NCBI RefSeq assembly: GCF_000150275.1
Contig: NW_002060958.1
Location: 1,382,088-1,446,087, forward strand
Direction: 5' to 3'
Origin: Trichoplax adhaerens
Taxonomy: Eukaryota; Animalia; Placozoa
Length of the DNA stretch: 64,000 nt
Below the pieces are notes generated by a model. That model was not told where the DNA came from. It did no database searches and saw only the letters and a list, made by a program, of their open reading frames with translations. The position numbers and the translations under genes were made by a program. This document shows positions 12,506-27,165 of this stretch, one piece after another; position 1 is the stretch's first letter; every line of letters begins with the position of its first letter.

Positions 12506-14585
12506 CCAACAAACTCCGATATGATTGTAATGATACTGTAACTGCACGATTAGGATTACGAGATTAATTTATTAGCCATACATGTCGTTATTGTTTACAT
12601 TAAAAAGCCTTATTCAAAGATATTTTAATTACAACCGTTTATATTCCTTATTTGTGACTAACGTCAGGAAATCTACCCGTCTCAGCCTTTCATTAAAGTG
12701 CTCATCGGTGAACATGTTATATCGAATATTAATCATTAGACTTCAATACATCGGTTTTACCGATTTTCGTATTTGAAATTGCAACTCCTCTTGTATATAT
12801 ATATATGTGTATGTGCATTATATGAATCGATGTTACTTGCTGACTTCTTATCTATGCTATATCATTTAGAAATAGTCTCGATAATGATGAAAATATCTTT
12901 ACATATATTTATTTGCAAATATCGAAAATTTCTCCAGTTTAGCAATTATATCTTCATCACTATCATTAGTGTATTTAACCCCAATAATAACGGAAGCAAT
13001 CTATGATCATTTTAGCACTATATACATGTGACGTATATGACTAGATTACTGATTTATCGTTGAATGGAAATAAAGTACAAGATTTCAAATGATGAAATAG
13101 TAAGGATGTTAAGGATATAACACTACGGGTTTATTTCACACTCAGAAATCTTAATCTGAAATTGGCTTATAAAATTATTATAATCAGATCAATCGATCAA
13201 GGACAAATTGCTTCTTTCCGTCAACTTCCTGAAAAACTTGAGTTCTTACTAAATAGGCACAAAATTCTTAGTCATTGGTCTGTTTTGCTATGCCTGCGTA
13301 ACCTTGTAAAACTACAAATTCACATTTCGAGCGTTTCAACGCCCATGAGCTTTAAAACTTGGCAAAAATTTTTAACAATTTCAATTTATAGTCATCAAAC
13401 AAGTGAAACTGCATTTAGTAGTAAACGAAATAAGTCTGCTAAAGTTTAGTAGAGCTACAGATCAATTTGTATAAATACAACTTTAGTGGTTGCAACAAGT
13501 TAGTTAATATCATATTTCAAATAATAGCACCGTATACACTATACTTTGCTTGAACTTTGCTGTATTTTAATTATGCTCGTATAAAGAAACAGCGAATACA
13601 GCAATCCGATATATTAATGATCACTGTATTGATTTGACTATTTGAATCAGGCATAATATGCTGTAATACGTAAATGGATTCCGGTAGTAAAAGGAATTCT
13701 AAAAAGTCGCATTTATTTGTTCATGCTAATCAAGACAAATTCATGCAATTGGACCACAACGCTTAAGTAGATCAGGAAACGGGTAATGAAAGGCCATTTC
13801 CACGCGTAATGTGATTTGTAGTGACGTATTTTGTTGATGATGATTGATGAATAAAGTAAAAATTAAAAGCAATTGCTTCTACATCGGTAATAAATGCAAA
13901 ATTATATGTGGTGTATTATGCGAATATTATTTTTCAGCAGCTGCACAATACTAGGAACAATTATACCGTACTGTATATATAAACCGCGTTAAGGTATTCA
14001 TAATATAATAGCAATACAGTACTTTCAATTAACGAGTATAACGTGTAAGTGTCTTGCGTACTGTACTTCAGCAGTAATCAATAGTTCTGTTGTAGTAAAT
14101 AATTAAAATGGCCGCGCGGATACGTATCACAATTAATTACTGTTTTCCTAAACTTTGCGTGGTACTGCAGTTTTGTATTATTTAGCTGCCTATGAACTGA
14201 GGTACAGTATCTCTGTCAGCAAAGTGGCAGGACATTAAGCTAGTATTTACCTAATAGCATTAACATATTGGGCAAATTTAGTAAAATTGTAGGATTAACA
14301 CTTTTAATTTTTGAACAATCACGATTAAAAAGCATTACATATAAATGAAAGACAGGAATGTCAACAATTTATGTTAAGAAATGACTACCAATTATCCAGA
14401 ACGTTACTTTTACTGGTTACCTGTAGGAATTTAAATTTATGATTACGAATAAAATTTATACCAACATACGTTGACAGCAATGCACGCCATTATAAATTCA
14501 ATGGAACAGCGAATCCAAAGCTTGCGCAACTACTGCCCCTAGGAGGCAATCATAGTACTGTACGTGTATAAATAAGCATATTCTC

Positions 14586-17500
14586 TTAAAGCTTTGCATG
14601 AGTACTTGCTTCACGCATCGCATCTATAATAGTTTTAACGGGCCTATTGTGGTAACAGATTTCGTAAACAGCTGTAAAGATCGGAAAGCTAAAATAGCAC
14701 CAAAAAAATACAGCCATATGAATACAACCATAGAAAATAAAATAATGATAGCTTTAGAATATTCTACGAATAGAAAGGATACTTACTCCTTTTCTAGGTT
14801 TTTTTCTTGTAAGAATTTATTCGCCTCCATTGCTGTTAATGGACCTTGCAAATACTGTCCTTTGAGCATTTCCTTTTCTAGTTCAGCAAGTGTCTATTAT
14901 ACAATATAGAATGATAGCGTGTTTTAAAGCCACTACTTTCAACTGCTTATATTCACAGTACTACACATTTAACCAATAAGTATCATGGGATACCTTGCCA
15001 CTTGACACAAACGCTTCTGCAACTCTTTGATTTCTGCCCATACTGCAAGTGGTGATTAAATCAGCAATTCCACAACTTTCAAAGTAAGTCTCTAACCGAG
15101 CTTCGCCATAGAATTCGGTTATAAATCTTATCATTTCAATCAGTCCAAGGCGAATCATTGCAGCTCTGGTGTTGTCACTGTGGCTGCAATGAGGCAAGTA
15201 AATACTGTTTGTGTATTCAAATTTTGCACGAGCTTTTCATCAAATATTACAATTACATACCATAGACCCATCACGAATCCGGAAGCTACTGCAATAATAT
15301 TCTATGATAGGAAGAAGAGTCGGCAATGTTAGATGGAAGTTAGTATGTGATTAATTTATTCTTAAGTAAAAAGAATATCACAAATCCTAACTTTAAGAGC
15401 GCCACACAATTCAACCGTTTGGGGATCAAGAACAATACTTGTGCGAAAGTAACTTGCAGTAAATAGTTCTTTCCAAACAGTTCCTATTTTGCGGTCTTTA
15501 CAACCTACATGTAAGATAATGTGGGTGTGCATGCAGTTAAGACCAGTATTGGTATCAAGTTCCAATGCCATAATGAATTCGCAACAATGCTAAATAGTAG
15601 ATGCAATGAATTTAATGAATTATAAACAAGCCAAGATAGAACTAACCAATAGTTGCTTCACAAAAGCTTTCATCAGCAACTTCCATTGCAATATTAGCAC
15701 CCATAAGAACGCTCATCTCAATGTTTAATAGACGTGAGATGGCAGATGAGATAAGTTCAATCCCTCTTCCACGACAATCAAAACCCTGTATGAACATCAC
15801 GAAGAATAGAGTTCAATCGCTTGAAATAGCCTCAGTAATCCTCAATTATACATTCGCTAATGCGACAGAAACGAACTAATTAAAGTCTTATTCTATCTAC
15901 ATTTCATGATTTTCTAATATGAACGAAATGGCATTAATAGGTTACTCGCAAAAACTGCATTATCTGTTCTTAGAATAAAGTATTCACGCGTAAATAAATA
16001 TTAATGGTAAGTTTTCATCATCAAGCGGCCAACCTTAATGAGCGAGATACCGCAAGCATCCGACCTAAGGCTCCCTTTGATTTGGTTGCAAATTCCATCA
16101 ACAAACTGTAATAGAATATAGAAAATGTGTTTAAACGATATAACTGTAGCTTGCAGTATATTTTAAGCTATTAATTTATGTTGTTTTGCGGACAATCGCA
16201 TTGAATAACAGCATCGCTACGTAAAAACAATCCATCTACACCTAAATTATTTAGTTCCGTACTATGTCAATAAAACTGCTGTAATTGCCAAGCGCTAAGC
16301 ATGAAAATGCACAAAGAATACTAGCACTTTATACAACGAAAGCCATGACCGCACTTCAACTGGAATGATATATTCATATTTAATATACATAAGTTTAACT
16401 TAGACTAGTATTGATACCTGATGAGGAACTACAAATATCAGAAGGTTAGAATTCCTTACGGCTTCCTTGATATCTGGTACAGCAACCTAATTTATTTAAG
16501 ATACAGATCAAATGGAAAGTTGATCACTTTTTCCATGTTGAAGCACTATTTTTAGTCTTAAATCGAATGTCGAGCTCCTAAATATATCTAACTACGTCCA
16601 ATACGATCTATATGGAGTTCGTCAAATAGTAACCTCGATAAAAATTTAACGGATCATTCGATCTATTTTCAGCAAGAAACATGCATCAATTTCTTATTAC
16701 AAACGCATTGTTGCATAATGCTAATTCAGTAGGTCTACTTATTCATATTTTGCATAACATTAAAATAAGATAAATAGTGATACATCAATTCTTACTATAT
16801 ATAATCAATGGAGTTAATAAGGCTAGTCGACAACATTAGGCCATCATGACACTACTGTTCCTAATTTGTAACTAATCCATGGGTAATTAATGAGAATCAA
16901 CATCATCGTAACGTCGATTAGTGCAATACGATGAAAGAAGAAAACAAACAATTGTGTTACAGAAACTGGATACATCTTCAAAATTAAGTACTAACGACAA
17001 GAAAACAGTTACTGAATTATCAAGAATGCATCCATTCTAAGGCAAAGAAACAAAGTTGAATGGAGAAAAGAAATAAGGTATCCTTACGATATTCTCTGGT
17101 AATTTGCGACCAGGTAGATATTTAACATTTTCATGTTCGGTATTGATAATTTCAGATAGTTTGCGTCCATCAACCATCTCTTCATAAACATACATATTGA
17201 CGGAATTGTCAAATTTGTCAAATTTTGTGACTGTACTGCCGACAATGCGGGCTATAGCGGAACCCCTATATAGGAAGGAAGAAGTTTCACCAGTCAATAC
17301 ACGGTCACCATTTAACTGCAGCATTTGCAATTTTCTCTCTTGTAAATACAATATAGAGATCACCTTGGGCCTGACTCAGATCATTGGATAATCAATGACT
17401 TAAAATTACCCTACTCATCATTGTACAGCGTTCAAAAAGTAAGGGAAATTATTACCCTATCTACTTATCAAGGTGGAAGCAGTATACAGTGTTTATTTAT

Positions 17501-19336
17501 TGACCGGATTCCGCTTCGAATGTAATTAAGCGAGCCTGTAATTCTATCAACGCAATCTAATTATAGAATATATTGAGTGGATTATTGTAACAATTCAAGT
17601 GCATCATAATGATGTAGCTTGTATTATTCTTATCTTAACATTGTCTAAAAGTCATTGAAATAAAAGCACACCGGGTATGCCGGGTACACAATATTTTTTT
17701 GCCGGTTGATAGTATTAATAAGCAAATTATAGTCTATCTATGATCATTCCGTCCTGTACAAACTTGCTGAACTTTAACTATAGCGATTCTGCCGCATATC
17801 AACTCTGATTAACGCATCTTATATAGGGATGCAACATCGTGAGACTACCGAAAAGGACATGGAAATCATTATCTGATTAGCCGCGATGCCGATTTAATCT
17901 GATGGAAAAAATCGACATCATCAGGCCAAATATAATCCATCATTGCACGAAATGATTAGGCTCGATTAATGTACTGTACGCCTAGAGATACGAGTTGCGT
18001 GCGTTGCAACGATAATCAAGTAGGAAAAATGATGAGATAACTGTAGCAGATCCTATTTAAAAAGCAAAAGAAAGTCGGAGAAAAAGAATGGCTCTGTTAC
18101 AATGGACAATATTGATTATTTCATCTAGGAATCATCATCAGTGTCCTACAAGTACTGATGCATTGGTGATAACTATTTTATACCGCTGCTCGTTTTTCTC
18201 CCTTTCACAAAGTAGCCTGATTGAGAAATGTCTATCTCAACAAATACCGCAGATAATAATTCAAAGTTGATATCCAATTGAATTTTATACTGTACAGTAG
18301 ACAAGGGTTATCATTGGTGTATAGAGAGGAAAAGAAATTATTCTTTTTCAATTAACAATATCATTGAACAAGAAATGATGACCAATATAGTACAATACTA
18401 CTGTATGGATGATTATTCATGCTACGGCCATCCAGTTTGTCTCCATTGGGCAAAAGGTCTGACAAACGGACGTACAAATGAATACGGAAGATAATAATAA
18501 GAGCCGATGCCCAACTGAACTCATCATCATCAGTCTGTAAAGTAGTCAAAGAATTGTTGTCATTTTTTAATCGATAACCTTTGAAGAAGGAATTCAAGCC
18601 GACATGCTACAAGTATAGATCGTTGACAAGTTATTGAAGCTATAGCAACTACTTATTTCTCTCCCATGAAGATGTACGAGTCCAATAGAATGAGCCGTTG
18701 CTCTCGGGCATTGAATCCAAATTGTCAATCAGGTTTTGCAAAAGTAAAGTACAATCTAGTTTAATCACCCTATCCAACTGAACATTTCTCTATTCTAGCC
18801 CGTCTTATACAAGTACTGTACTGATGCACGCATGATTTTATAGAGGCAATTGGAAATTTCTCACTCTTAGACAACGGATATCACCATTGGATATACAAGT
18901 GCATCCAGCTGTTGAGCTATCGAATGCAAATGGTCAATCCAATTCAAGTAGACAACAATCCAGTTGGATCACTACGTCCAACTGAACTTTTCTCTCTTGT
19001 GATCAGTCTTGTAGAAGTCATGATCTACGAATCATTCTATTCAAGTTATGGGACGTTTCTCTTGCTTCTAACACGATGGAAGAATCCTACAAGCGCATCC
19101 TACCCCTCTCCATCATTGCCAATATCCATGCCAACGTCGCGCTTAGAATAGCAGATTGCAGTACGCCCTAGCACCTACAGTACTGTAACTCATCTCGCTT
19201 GGTTTATCGCTCCTTGCAAGCGAATTTTCCTCTACCCTAAACAAGTATTACATCATCGTTGATTGAAAGTGTAGACGATTAGCTCGACTTACCAATTGCC
19301 AGAACCCACAATACAAACTTTATATAAATTAGCCAT
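14586..19336 (-). CDS. GPD1: NAD-dependent glycerol-3-phosphate dehydrogenase (GPD1/GPD1L family), 351 aa. Exons 19336-19293, 17265-17088, 16486-16418, 16105-16034, 15785-15647, 15504-15392, 15301-15261, 15183-14994, 14893-14787, 14688-14586
   Basis: [96 protein letters not shown]. All introns GT-AG; total 1056 nt in frame. Confidence 0.95.
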
Positions 19337-19925
19337 AATAATGCAATGATATTGACTGATTCTTGATGGATGTGGATGGAATATGGATAGGAGAGCTTGT
19401 TGTTGTTTTCGTCGGTGCTGTGGTTCCCTCGGTAGGCCAGCAGCTGCAAGGTCCAGTAGGTGACACTTGGGGATGCGCTTGGCCCTTTAAGTACTGCCAG
19501 GGTACCGCTTGACAGCCCACAGGGGCAGATAAACAATGCGGTCGTGTGCCGTAGCCCTTGACCAAGGAAGGGGTCTCATGGTCTTGTTTAACGCCTATAC
19601 TGTATCAGTATAAGAGGGTAAACCAGGGGCTAGGGGTGGTTATGCTGACCGGTGTCTCTCACCACCGGTGTTACCATGCTTTAGCGTGATGACGGTGGAA
19701 GCCCTGGATGAGGGTCACAGGTCAAAGTAGACTGGTCCATGTTGTACGATACTGTAGCATGGACGAAGCCTGAGTAGGTAGCAACTCACTGTTGACTAAT
19801 TGGGGTATGGTACAGTCTACTGTCGGTGGGCTGACAGGGGGTGAGTCAGGGGTTAGACAGGGTTAGTCAGGGACTTGTGGGTAATGACAGTATAGTGGTA
19901 CAGTATCAGCCGATTCCATAGTGTA

Positions 19926-20120
19926 CAATGTGATTATTTTCGATGTCTCCTTTTCGTTCAAAAATTAAACTTGTAGTCCGTTGAAATTCCTGTATAGTAT
20001 TTATCTCTACCCATAGAAGAATTATTAGGCTACAACCAAATATAGAATTCATCTAGTTTGGGCTTGATTTAGCTTATACAATTATATGTTTTCTGGGTGT
20101 CATCGAAAATAATCACACTG
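19926..20120. mobile_element. MITE-like element with ~26-bp terminal inverted repeats (Tc1/mariner-like CAGTG end)
   Basis: caatgtgattattttcgatgtctcc (19926) vs gggtgtcatcgaaaataatcacactg (ending 20120; reverse complement cagtgtgattattttcgatgacaccc). TA on the left flank. Confidence 0.6.
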
Positions 20121-23048
20121 GTAGAGTATTAGTTTAAAAGACCCTCACGACATGGTCATGGCCGCGGGGATCGCCTTTGCTAAGCCCTGTTTTGCAATGA
20201 CCGCTACCTTTTACAGCAGTCCAAGGTCTCATCGACTCGTTGTACAACTAGGTCTGTCGATTCTATGTCAACAACGATTCCACTCGAGATTTGAAAATAA
20301 ACTACACAAACCTTGAGAGGTGTATTGAGGTGTCCATCATTGGACTTGGTATCTATGGAAACTGCCAATGAATGCATTCATTCCCCCAGGTGGACAACAA
20401 CTATTTTGCTAACGACAACCTTGCATCAGCAAAGACGGATATCAGATAGCTGATGAAGAGGATGATACAGCTTCAATCTGCAATTTTAGCCGTATCTTCA
20501 AAATAACGATCATAGATCAACAGTAATAGCCGACTCCTACAATACACATTGGATTTTTACAGTATTCTAATATCGCTCTGATGTAGTATATTGCTCTATT
20601 CAAAGCATTTTAGTACAAAGTTCATGCATTTTCCATATGGATCGCAAGTAGAAAGAGATCAATACCCACAAGATACAATATTGAATCAGTTACTACGCAC
20701 AACACATAGTAACAAGTCAAACAATAACTCTTCAGCATTATTCCATACTTTACCCGTCAAATCGGCTATTTTCAGTTCCGTTTGGATCACGCTATCTGCA
20801 AAAACAACCTCAAATAAATTAATAACGAATTACTACAGTATTGCATATCTAAATAAAGTAACACAGACATCCACATGAAAAATTAATTTTGTACGATATT
20901 AATGGACTTGATTGCAGCAACAATAGAGCAATAATGAACAAAAAATGAGACATCCTTTTTTTATTCAGCGGATGAAATAATAAATTACTTTATACGATAC
21001 AAGATATCATATTAAATGATTAATTCATTATTTTAGTCCAAGGAAGTTGTAAATTAAAGCTCAAAATTTCACTATTGTAGCCTTTTTCCATATGGGTTGT
21101 TGCACTTTGGTTGAATTGACAGAGATGAATACAGGAAAGGATTCAAGACTTGTGTATGTCGCAATTTTGGACACATGTCATATTTACTGTGGATGATAAC
21201 GCGACCAATATATTTACCATGAGTAAGGATAAATAAATGGAAATTGGTATAGAGGTGTAAACAGTATAAACATTTTCAAGAAGTGTTTTTGCATATTACA
21301 AGTAGCTCGATATTTTTATGGCCTCAATTTCCAACAAAGGACACTTTTCTAATTTTTCATTCACAAAATAATTTATAGATTGACAATCCCTTAACAAATA
21401 TGTAAATCTAAAGTGAAAAGAATTCATAATAAGTTAGTTAATAAGGTAAATACTGTTATAGCCTATTGAAACTCTTGACAATGACTATCCTTAGGTAATA
21501 TAATGCTATAGTGCTTATGTAGAGAAATAAGATCATCACTAAAATAATTAGGTGTAGGAGAACATTATTTAACAAATTCAATTAATTATTATACTATTAA
21601 TTCTTTTCATTCATTTACTATCGGTCACAAACCAGCTTGGTGATAAAGATAACGTAAAATAAATCTCTAAATAACGATAGTCTCCGGGAGTCAGTATCCC
21701 TTAGCTATCTCACAAGAATTTAGACGCCTTTGCTTCTACGTTGAACAACTATAGAACTCTTATTTTATTCAACTATCTGCCGAGCTTAAATACCCTTCGG
21801 TAGCTGCTATCATGTATGAGCCGTAACTGTTCATCAAATTCAGTTCATATTGGATAGCTAAATTAATACAGAAATTATTCATAATCTTAGACATGTACAG
21901 AACGATTCTAGATGATTAGATTACAGTATGGTCATACACAGAATTATTTATAATATCATCTATAATTGAATATCTTTAGGATATTCATCACAAGTGTTAC
22001 AAGACATAACACTATAATCAATTAACATTAGTTACCGTATAAGAACTTTTACTACAGCACAGCATAATTTACTGTGTCAAAATAATAACTACTGTAGTTC
22101 TTACTGTAAGCCATTATTAGTTATCTCCATATATAAATGTTAACTACTAAATTTAGTCATTTACTCTTCACGGCGGTTCGTACCGCGACATTATCATCTC
22201 ATTGCCTTTTTTTATTATCATGCACTTAGACTAGGTTTCAAGTATATTGCCACATACTGTAGATATCTCCAGAGAATGAATAAACAAATAAAATTACGGA
22301 ACATTGTTTGAATAAGTTATTCCACGCAAAATGAGGCTTATTCATATTTATTCATACTCGATCATTATGTCGCAACCAATCTTATGCCTGCTCCATCTCA
22401 AAACACACCCAGGAGGGTTGGTTATAAATTGTTAGCTTCTAATAAGACTTTACATCTCAATGAATTATACATTGCCTTATCCTAATAAATACTGTAGGTA
22501 ACAGTCCGCATAGATGACTTAAGATTAAATGTTGTACGAATATTTTCAGGGTATCTTAATAACATTAAGGTTCTAAAGGGTACTTTATCGTATTGTCCTT
22601 TACAAGAAAAAACATGTGACACCAGCATCAAGCAATATACACATCTTTCATTATCAATCGATACGTCCGCAAAATTTTTTTTCCCACGCTGCTAATATAG
22701 CTTAAAAGCACCTACTCCAAGTGCGAAATCGGATTACATTTGCTGTTGTCACTCTATCAGAATAGTACTGATACCATAAAAATTATTCCTGTGATATCAA
22801 ATACTTCTTTTTGGGAGGAATAGTGTATCTCTCAAAGGTTGTAGTCGGTAATATAACATCATGAGTTAAAATCTGACAAATTGTTTTTGAATATAGGTTA
22901 GATATGAATAGAATCGATTATATTATAGAAGGGTAAAAATATTAGAATAATCAAGTATTTTTTTATCAATAATTCATTATCAAGAGTAACATTATATCGC
23001 AATTAATTAATGAATTAATAATTTAAACGAGTCGTCCGATCGAATTCT

Positions 23049-25137
23049 CTATTGACGAAGGGTGTGACCACTATTTTGGGATCTTCTATTTCTTGCTGAT
23101 GCGGAAAGCGCTATGTATTTGTGATACAGCATATTCATTTGGTTATAGGGCTAGAAGGAATTTAAAGAAACATCTTTTACACTAATGCAAAGCAGTATAA
23201 GAATAGAAGCTTTCTTTTATTATATATATATTTATATATTACATACCTCTAAAAACGTTTGAATTTGATAAATGAATAATACAAGTATAGCTAAAATCAT
23301 ATAACAGGTCCGGTTGTATTGTGGTTCAATTTCTACTATAGAATTAAAAAAGAACCAACAATCAGATATAATAGGTTATATTGATCTGTTCTGTTAATGA
23401 ATATATAACAGTGATAATCGTTGACAATAGCTATTCATAACAACTATTCAATTCCGTTTAATCAGCTTACCATCAGGCTTAGGATATAATGAAGGATTTT
23501 CGCTCGATGATTTGTTTGAAAATATACGAAAAAATTCATAACCCAGTTTACTAGTGATTCTATCAATATTTAACCGAACAGTATCGGTTAACTTTCCAGC
23601 AGTATCTGGTAACCCTTTCTTTAATAGCAATTTTAAGGATTCCTGCATTGCAATGAACTGACTGCGCAATGGTGATGGTTGTAACTTGGTAATTAAATCA
23701 GATATATGGCTACCCAACCTATAACAACCGGAAACCATGTAATTAAAAATAGAACTATATTTAGACCGTACAATCCTCTATTTATAACTAGTACTATAAT
23801 ATTGCCGTATGATAGAAAGCTGTTAATATATATCTAAATTAATTAACACTAATCTAAATTTATCTCCATACATTCATGAAAGTTCATTGTCAAGACTACA
23901 AGATAGTGTTGATGAAAGCATTATCAATGAAACAGTTCATAGTATTTTTACATCATAAAGAATTTATCTTCATCCTAATAATAAGTTCATACCTCCCCGC
24001 CAATCCTACATTTAGCCTTTGATCCTTACTATTATAAAATCCCTGAACTAAAATTCTTACTACGATCTTATCCTGCCTATAATAGAAAAAAAATTGAATA
24101 CATTAGCAACCGCGTCATTTAGAATTTATACTTTAAATGATAAAGTTATTGCAATATTAGAATTGTAAAGTCGCAACTAGCCGATCAAGGTTATTATCGT
24201 CTGCATTACTGTTATTACAAAGCTGAGTTTGTTGCCATTAATAGAGTAATGTGAATCGCAGTTGCATTGTAAGTACTTTATTTTTGCATCTATGTTGATC
24301 AGTTACACAGGTAGTAAATGAATATTCCACTTTTAATTGAGAAATTTTCAAGACATTCTAATTTCTTGATATAGATATAGGATAAATTTCCCGTTAGGTT
24401 AAGGATCGATCGTAAATCAGGAACGAGTATAAATAACAATGTAACTAAAATACAGACGTATATGAAATATGGCCATTTTGCATACAATTGAGATCATTTT
24501 GAATCGTTTCTCACACTTACCTAAAAATGTAAATGACATGACGAGAAATGGCTTTAATTTCGTCAGTTAATAGAGATTGTCGATGTTCATCTGGATCATT
24601 TTTTGCGACCAAATAATCCCACGAAAATGCCTTGTGTTCATCACCAACTTTCGGGGCATTTGATGTTTCATTGTTATACAATAGCATGGGCAATAATTCG
24701 TAACTATAATTCCCCCAGCAACTTGCATAATACTGTTTTGCGGCACTGGCGTTAACAAAGGACTTGTATACCGAATCAATTTTACTAACGTAGCGATTTT
24801 CTTTTTCTGTCTCAGCATTACTTTCCCATGCTGCTTGTGCACATTGCTGGCCGTCCAATTTTGCAAATAGATCATCCTTTTCCATGCCATAATTTTCACA
24901 TGAAACTGGATTTAATCTGGTACGACGTCTAAGTTTAGGTCGTAGTCCTTGACCAGGAGGAAAATACTTTTGAGTTAAAAACATTTCCGATAATGGTGTT
25001 ACCTCCACGTCTATATATATAATCATGGCTACCAATACTGAGCATACAGCAATAGCTATTCCTACAATGATCCATCGTAGGCCAGGTATAGGTAGCTTCG
25101 TGGAAGCTGTAGACGTTGCAGGTCTCCTTTTCGCCAT
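23049..25137 (-). CDS. Uncharacterised type II membrane protein. Exon 25137-24521, exon 24076-23993, probable further exons at ~23777-23470, ~23336-23246 and ~23151-23049 (3' structure uncertain)
   Basis: Short basic N-terminus, TM segment WIIVGIAIAVCSVLVAMIIYI, Cys-containing luminal region with N-x-S/T sites, donor AG|gtaagt at 24520, open second exon RQDKIVVRILVQGFYNSKDQRLNVGLAG. Confidence 0.6.
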
Positions 25138-26659
25138 GAAAATTTCTAGAAATTTTCTATTTAATCAATACGTCGATGGTGGTTATTTCAGTGCAGTACG
25201 TATACTTGGGAACCTTAACACGTCAAAAATTGCAATATTAGAGTTTATAGGTTGCTATCGTATTATTGAAAATGTTACCATTCGACTCTGGAATGCCTAC
25301 TTGTGTGTAATTATTAGCAATATATTTTTTATGTCTGTGGATATAACAAATAATGAGATTACTAGTTACTCTTCATAACCTTCGATTGTCAATTCACGGC
25401 ATGAATGTGAAATTGATACTCATATATGAATGCACGTAATCATAATGTAGACTTTTATTATAGAACCTTTTCTCTAAACTCGTACCGCAAACGCTGCCTA
25501 GCGTATGCAACAATGTGAGAAGGGTATGAATTAAGTTTCAAAAATGCGTATACACTGAACTGGGATCAGGTGCATTAGACGGACCTAGAATATTCAAAAC
25601 TATATCATGTACTGCTGATGGGAACATTGTCGAATTGACAGTTAGTCGACTTTAGGCTATCCTAGTATCTAATATGTATAAACTTTGACAAAATAATTAC
25701 TTTTAAATGCGTTTGAGATCAACGGTTTCATGTATGGTTACAATGAATGAATACACTGCAATCTTACAGTAACCTATCATAATAAACAAACGTTTACTGC
25801 AGTAAGACTTCACTTGCATTCTACAAGCATAGGTAGAAATTTTTTATAAGCAATACACGTAAGAAAGACCTCGCTACAACGTTGAAAATGGATGATTGAT
25901 CTATGATGCTCTATGACATTCATTCATCCTGCTGCAATCGTGCAGTATGAGTCAATGGATTATTTTAACGTTGTCGTCAGTATGGTAGTATATCACATAA
26001 TGTAGCATATATATAGCCTATGGTATTGGTCAACAGGAATATATCTAGACCTGACATATATCCCTTCCATTTGAAAGATACCTTGTCACTATTTTTGAAA
26101 TTAACTTTATTCACATTGAACTTGGGCCTCATCACTTACTTGGAAGCTCTTTTTTTACTGCAATTTTGTAGAAAGCAAGAGGCAAAATACAGTAGGTAGT
26201 ATTCCAGAAAAGGACGATCCAACCGTTGTTCATTAATATGATATCATTTACTTCCCAATTACAAAATGGAAATGGACATATTGGATGGATGTAAGGTTGG
26301 AATTCAATCTTGTTCAACTCTTTTCAATCCCTTAAGCCTGGTATGAATGATGGCAACGAAAAGATGAAAATGGACAGTAGACAAGGTGATTCTTTGTTCC
26401 AAGGCAACGGTAACAAAAGTTACGATTTGAGGTGCATCATCTTTTAATCATTGGTAGTGTCTTGCCTGTCGTAATTAATTATTCCTTCAACCTATAAAGT
26501 CATATTGAACGCTTGTATGGCAATCTATTATGGCTAATATCGATTCTGTATTTATTCGAATTCAGTTACACGATCATTTTCAGAAGCTTGTTGGAAAATT
26601 TCCAGTTGGTTTTAGCCTGAAAGTTGGAGAATTTCTTTCACCACTGGAATCAACTTAAC

Positions 26660-27165
26660 ACGTACAGTATAGCACTGGACGATACTTCCCATTTCAGTAT
26701 ATAGTACTGTACCATCCCAGCCAACTCCGGTACGGTACAGTACCGTACAATGTACAGTGAATCGTTTGCAGTATATAGTATGTATGTACTGTACTGTATA
26801 CTGTAGTACAGCGTGGAGTGTACAGTGAATCGCTTGCAGTATACTGTACTGTATAGTACAGTACACTGTATTGTGAAGCATGTACTGTACTGTACTGTAC
26901 AGTAGTACAGTACTGTACAGTGCAGTGTGGAGAGTACAGTGAATCGTTTACAGTATATAGTATTGTAAAATATGTATTGTAGCTTTAATTTGTAGCCAAC
27001 AGCGTACAGTACAGTACAGTGTACAGTGAATCGCTTGCAGTATATAGTATTGTAAAGTATGTACTGTACAAAGAAGTCCCTCGACAATGGGTATCCACTA
27101 TACTGTACAGTGTATAGTATCCATTCACCATGAGTCAGTAAGTATACAGTATACAGTATCAGCTT
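26660..27165. repeat. Low-complexity TACAG/TACTG minisatellite
   Basis: Dense gtactgtacagtac motifs; the higher-order block gtacagtgaatcg(c/t)tt(g/a)cagtata recurs at ~26752, 26820, 26934 and 27021. Confidence 0.85.

Noticed and set aside
18361-19151. ORFs inside GPD1 intron 1
   Set aside because: Non-ATG starts, no recognisable motifs, and not needed for the in-frame GPD1 model.
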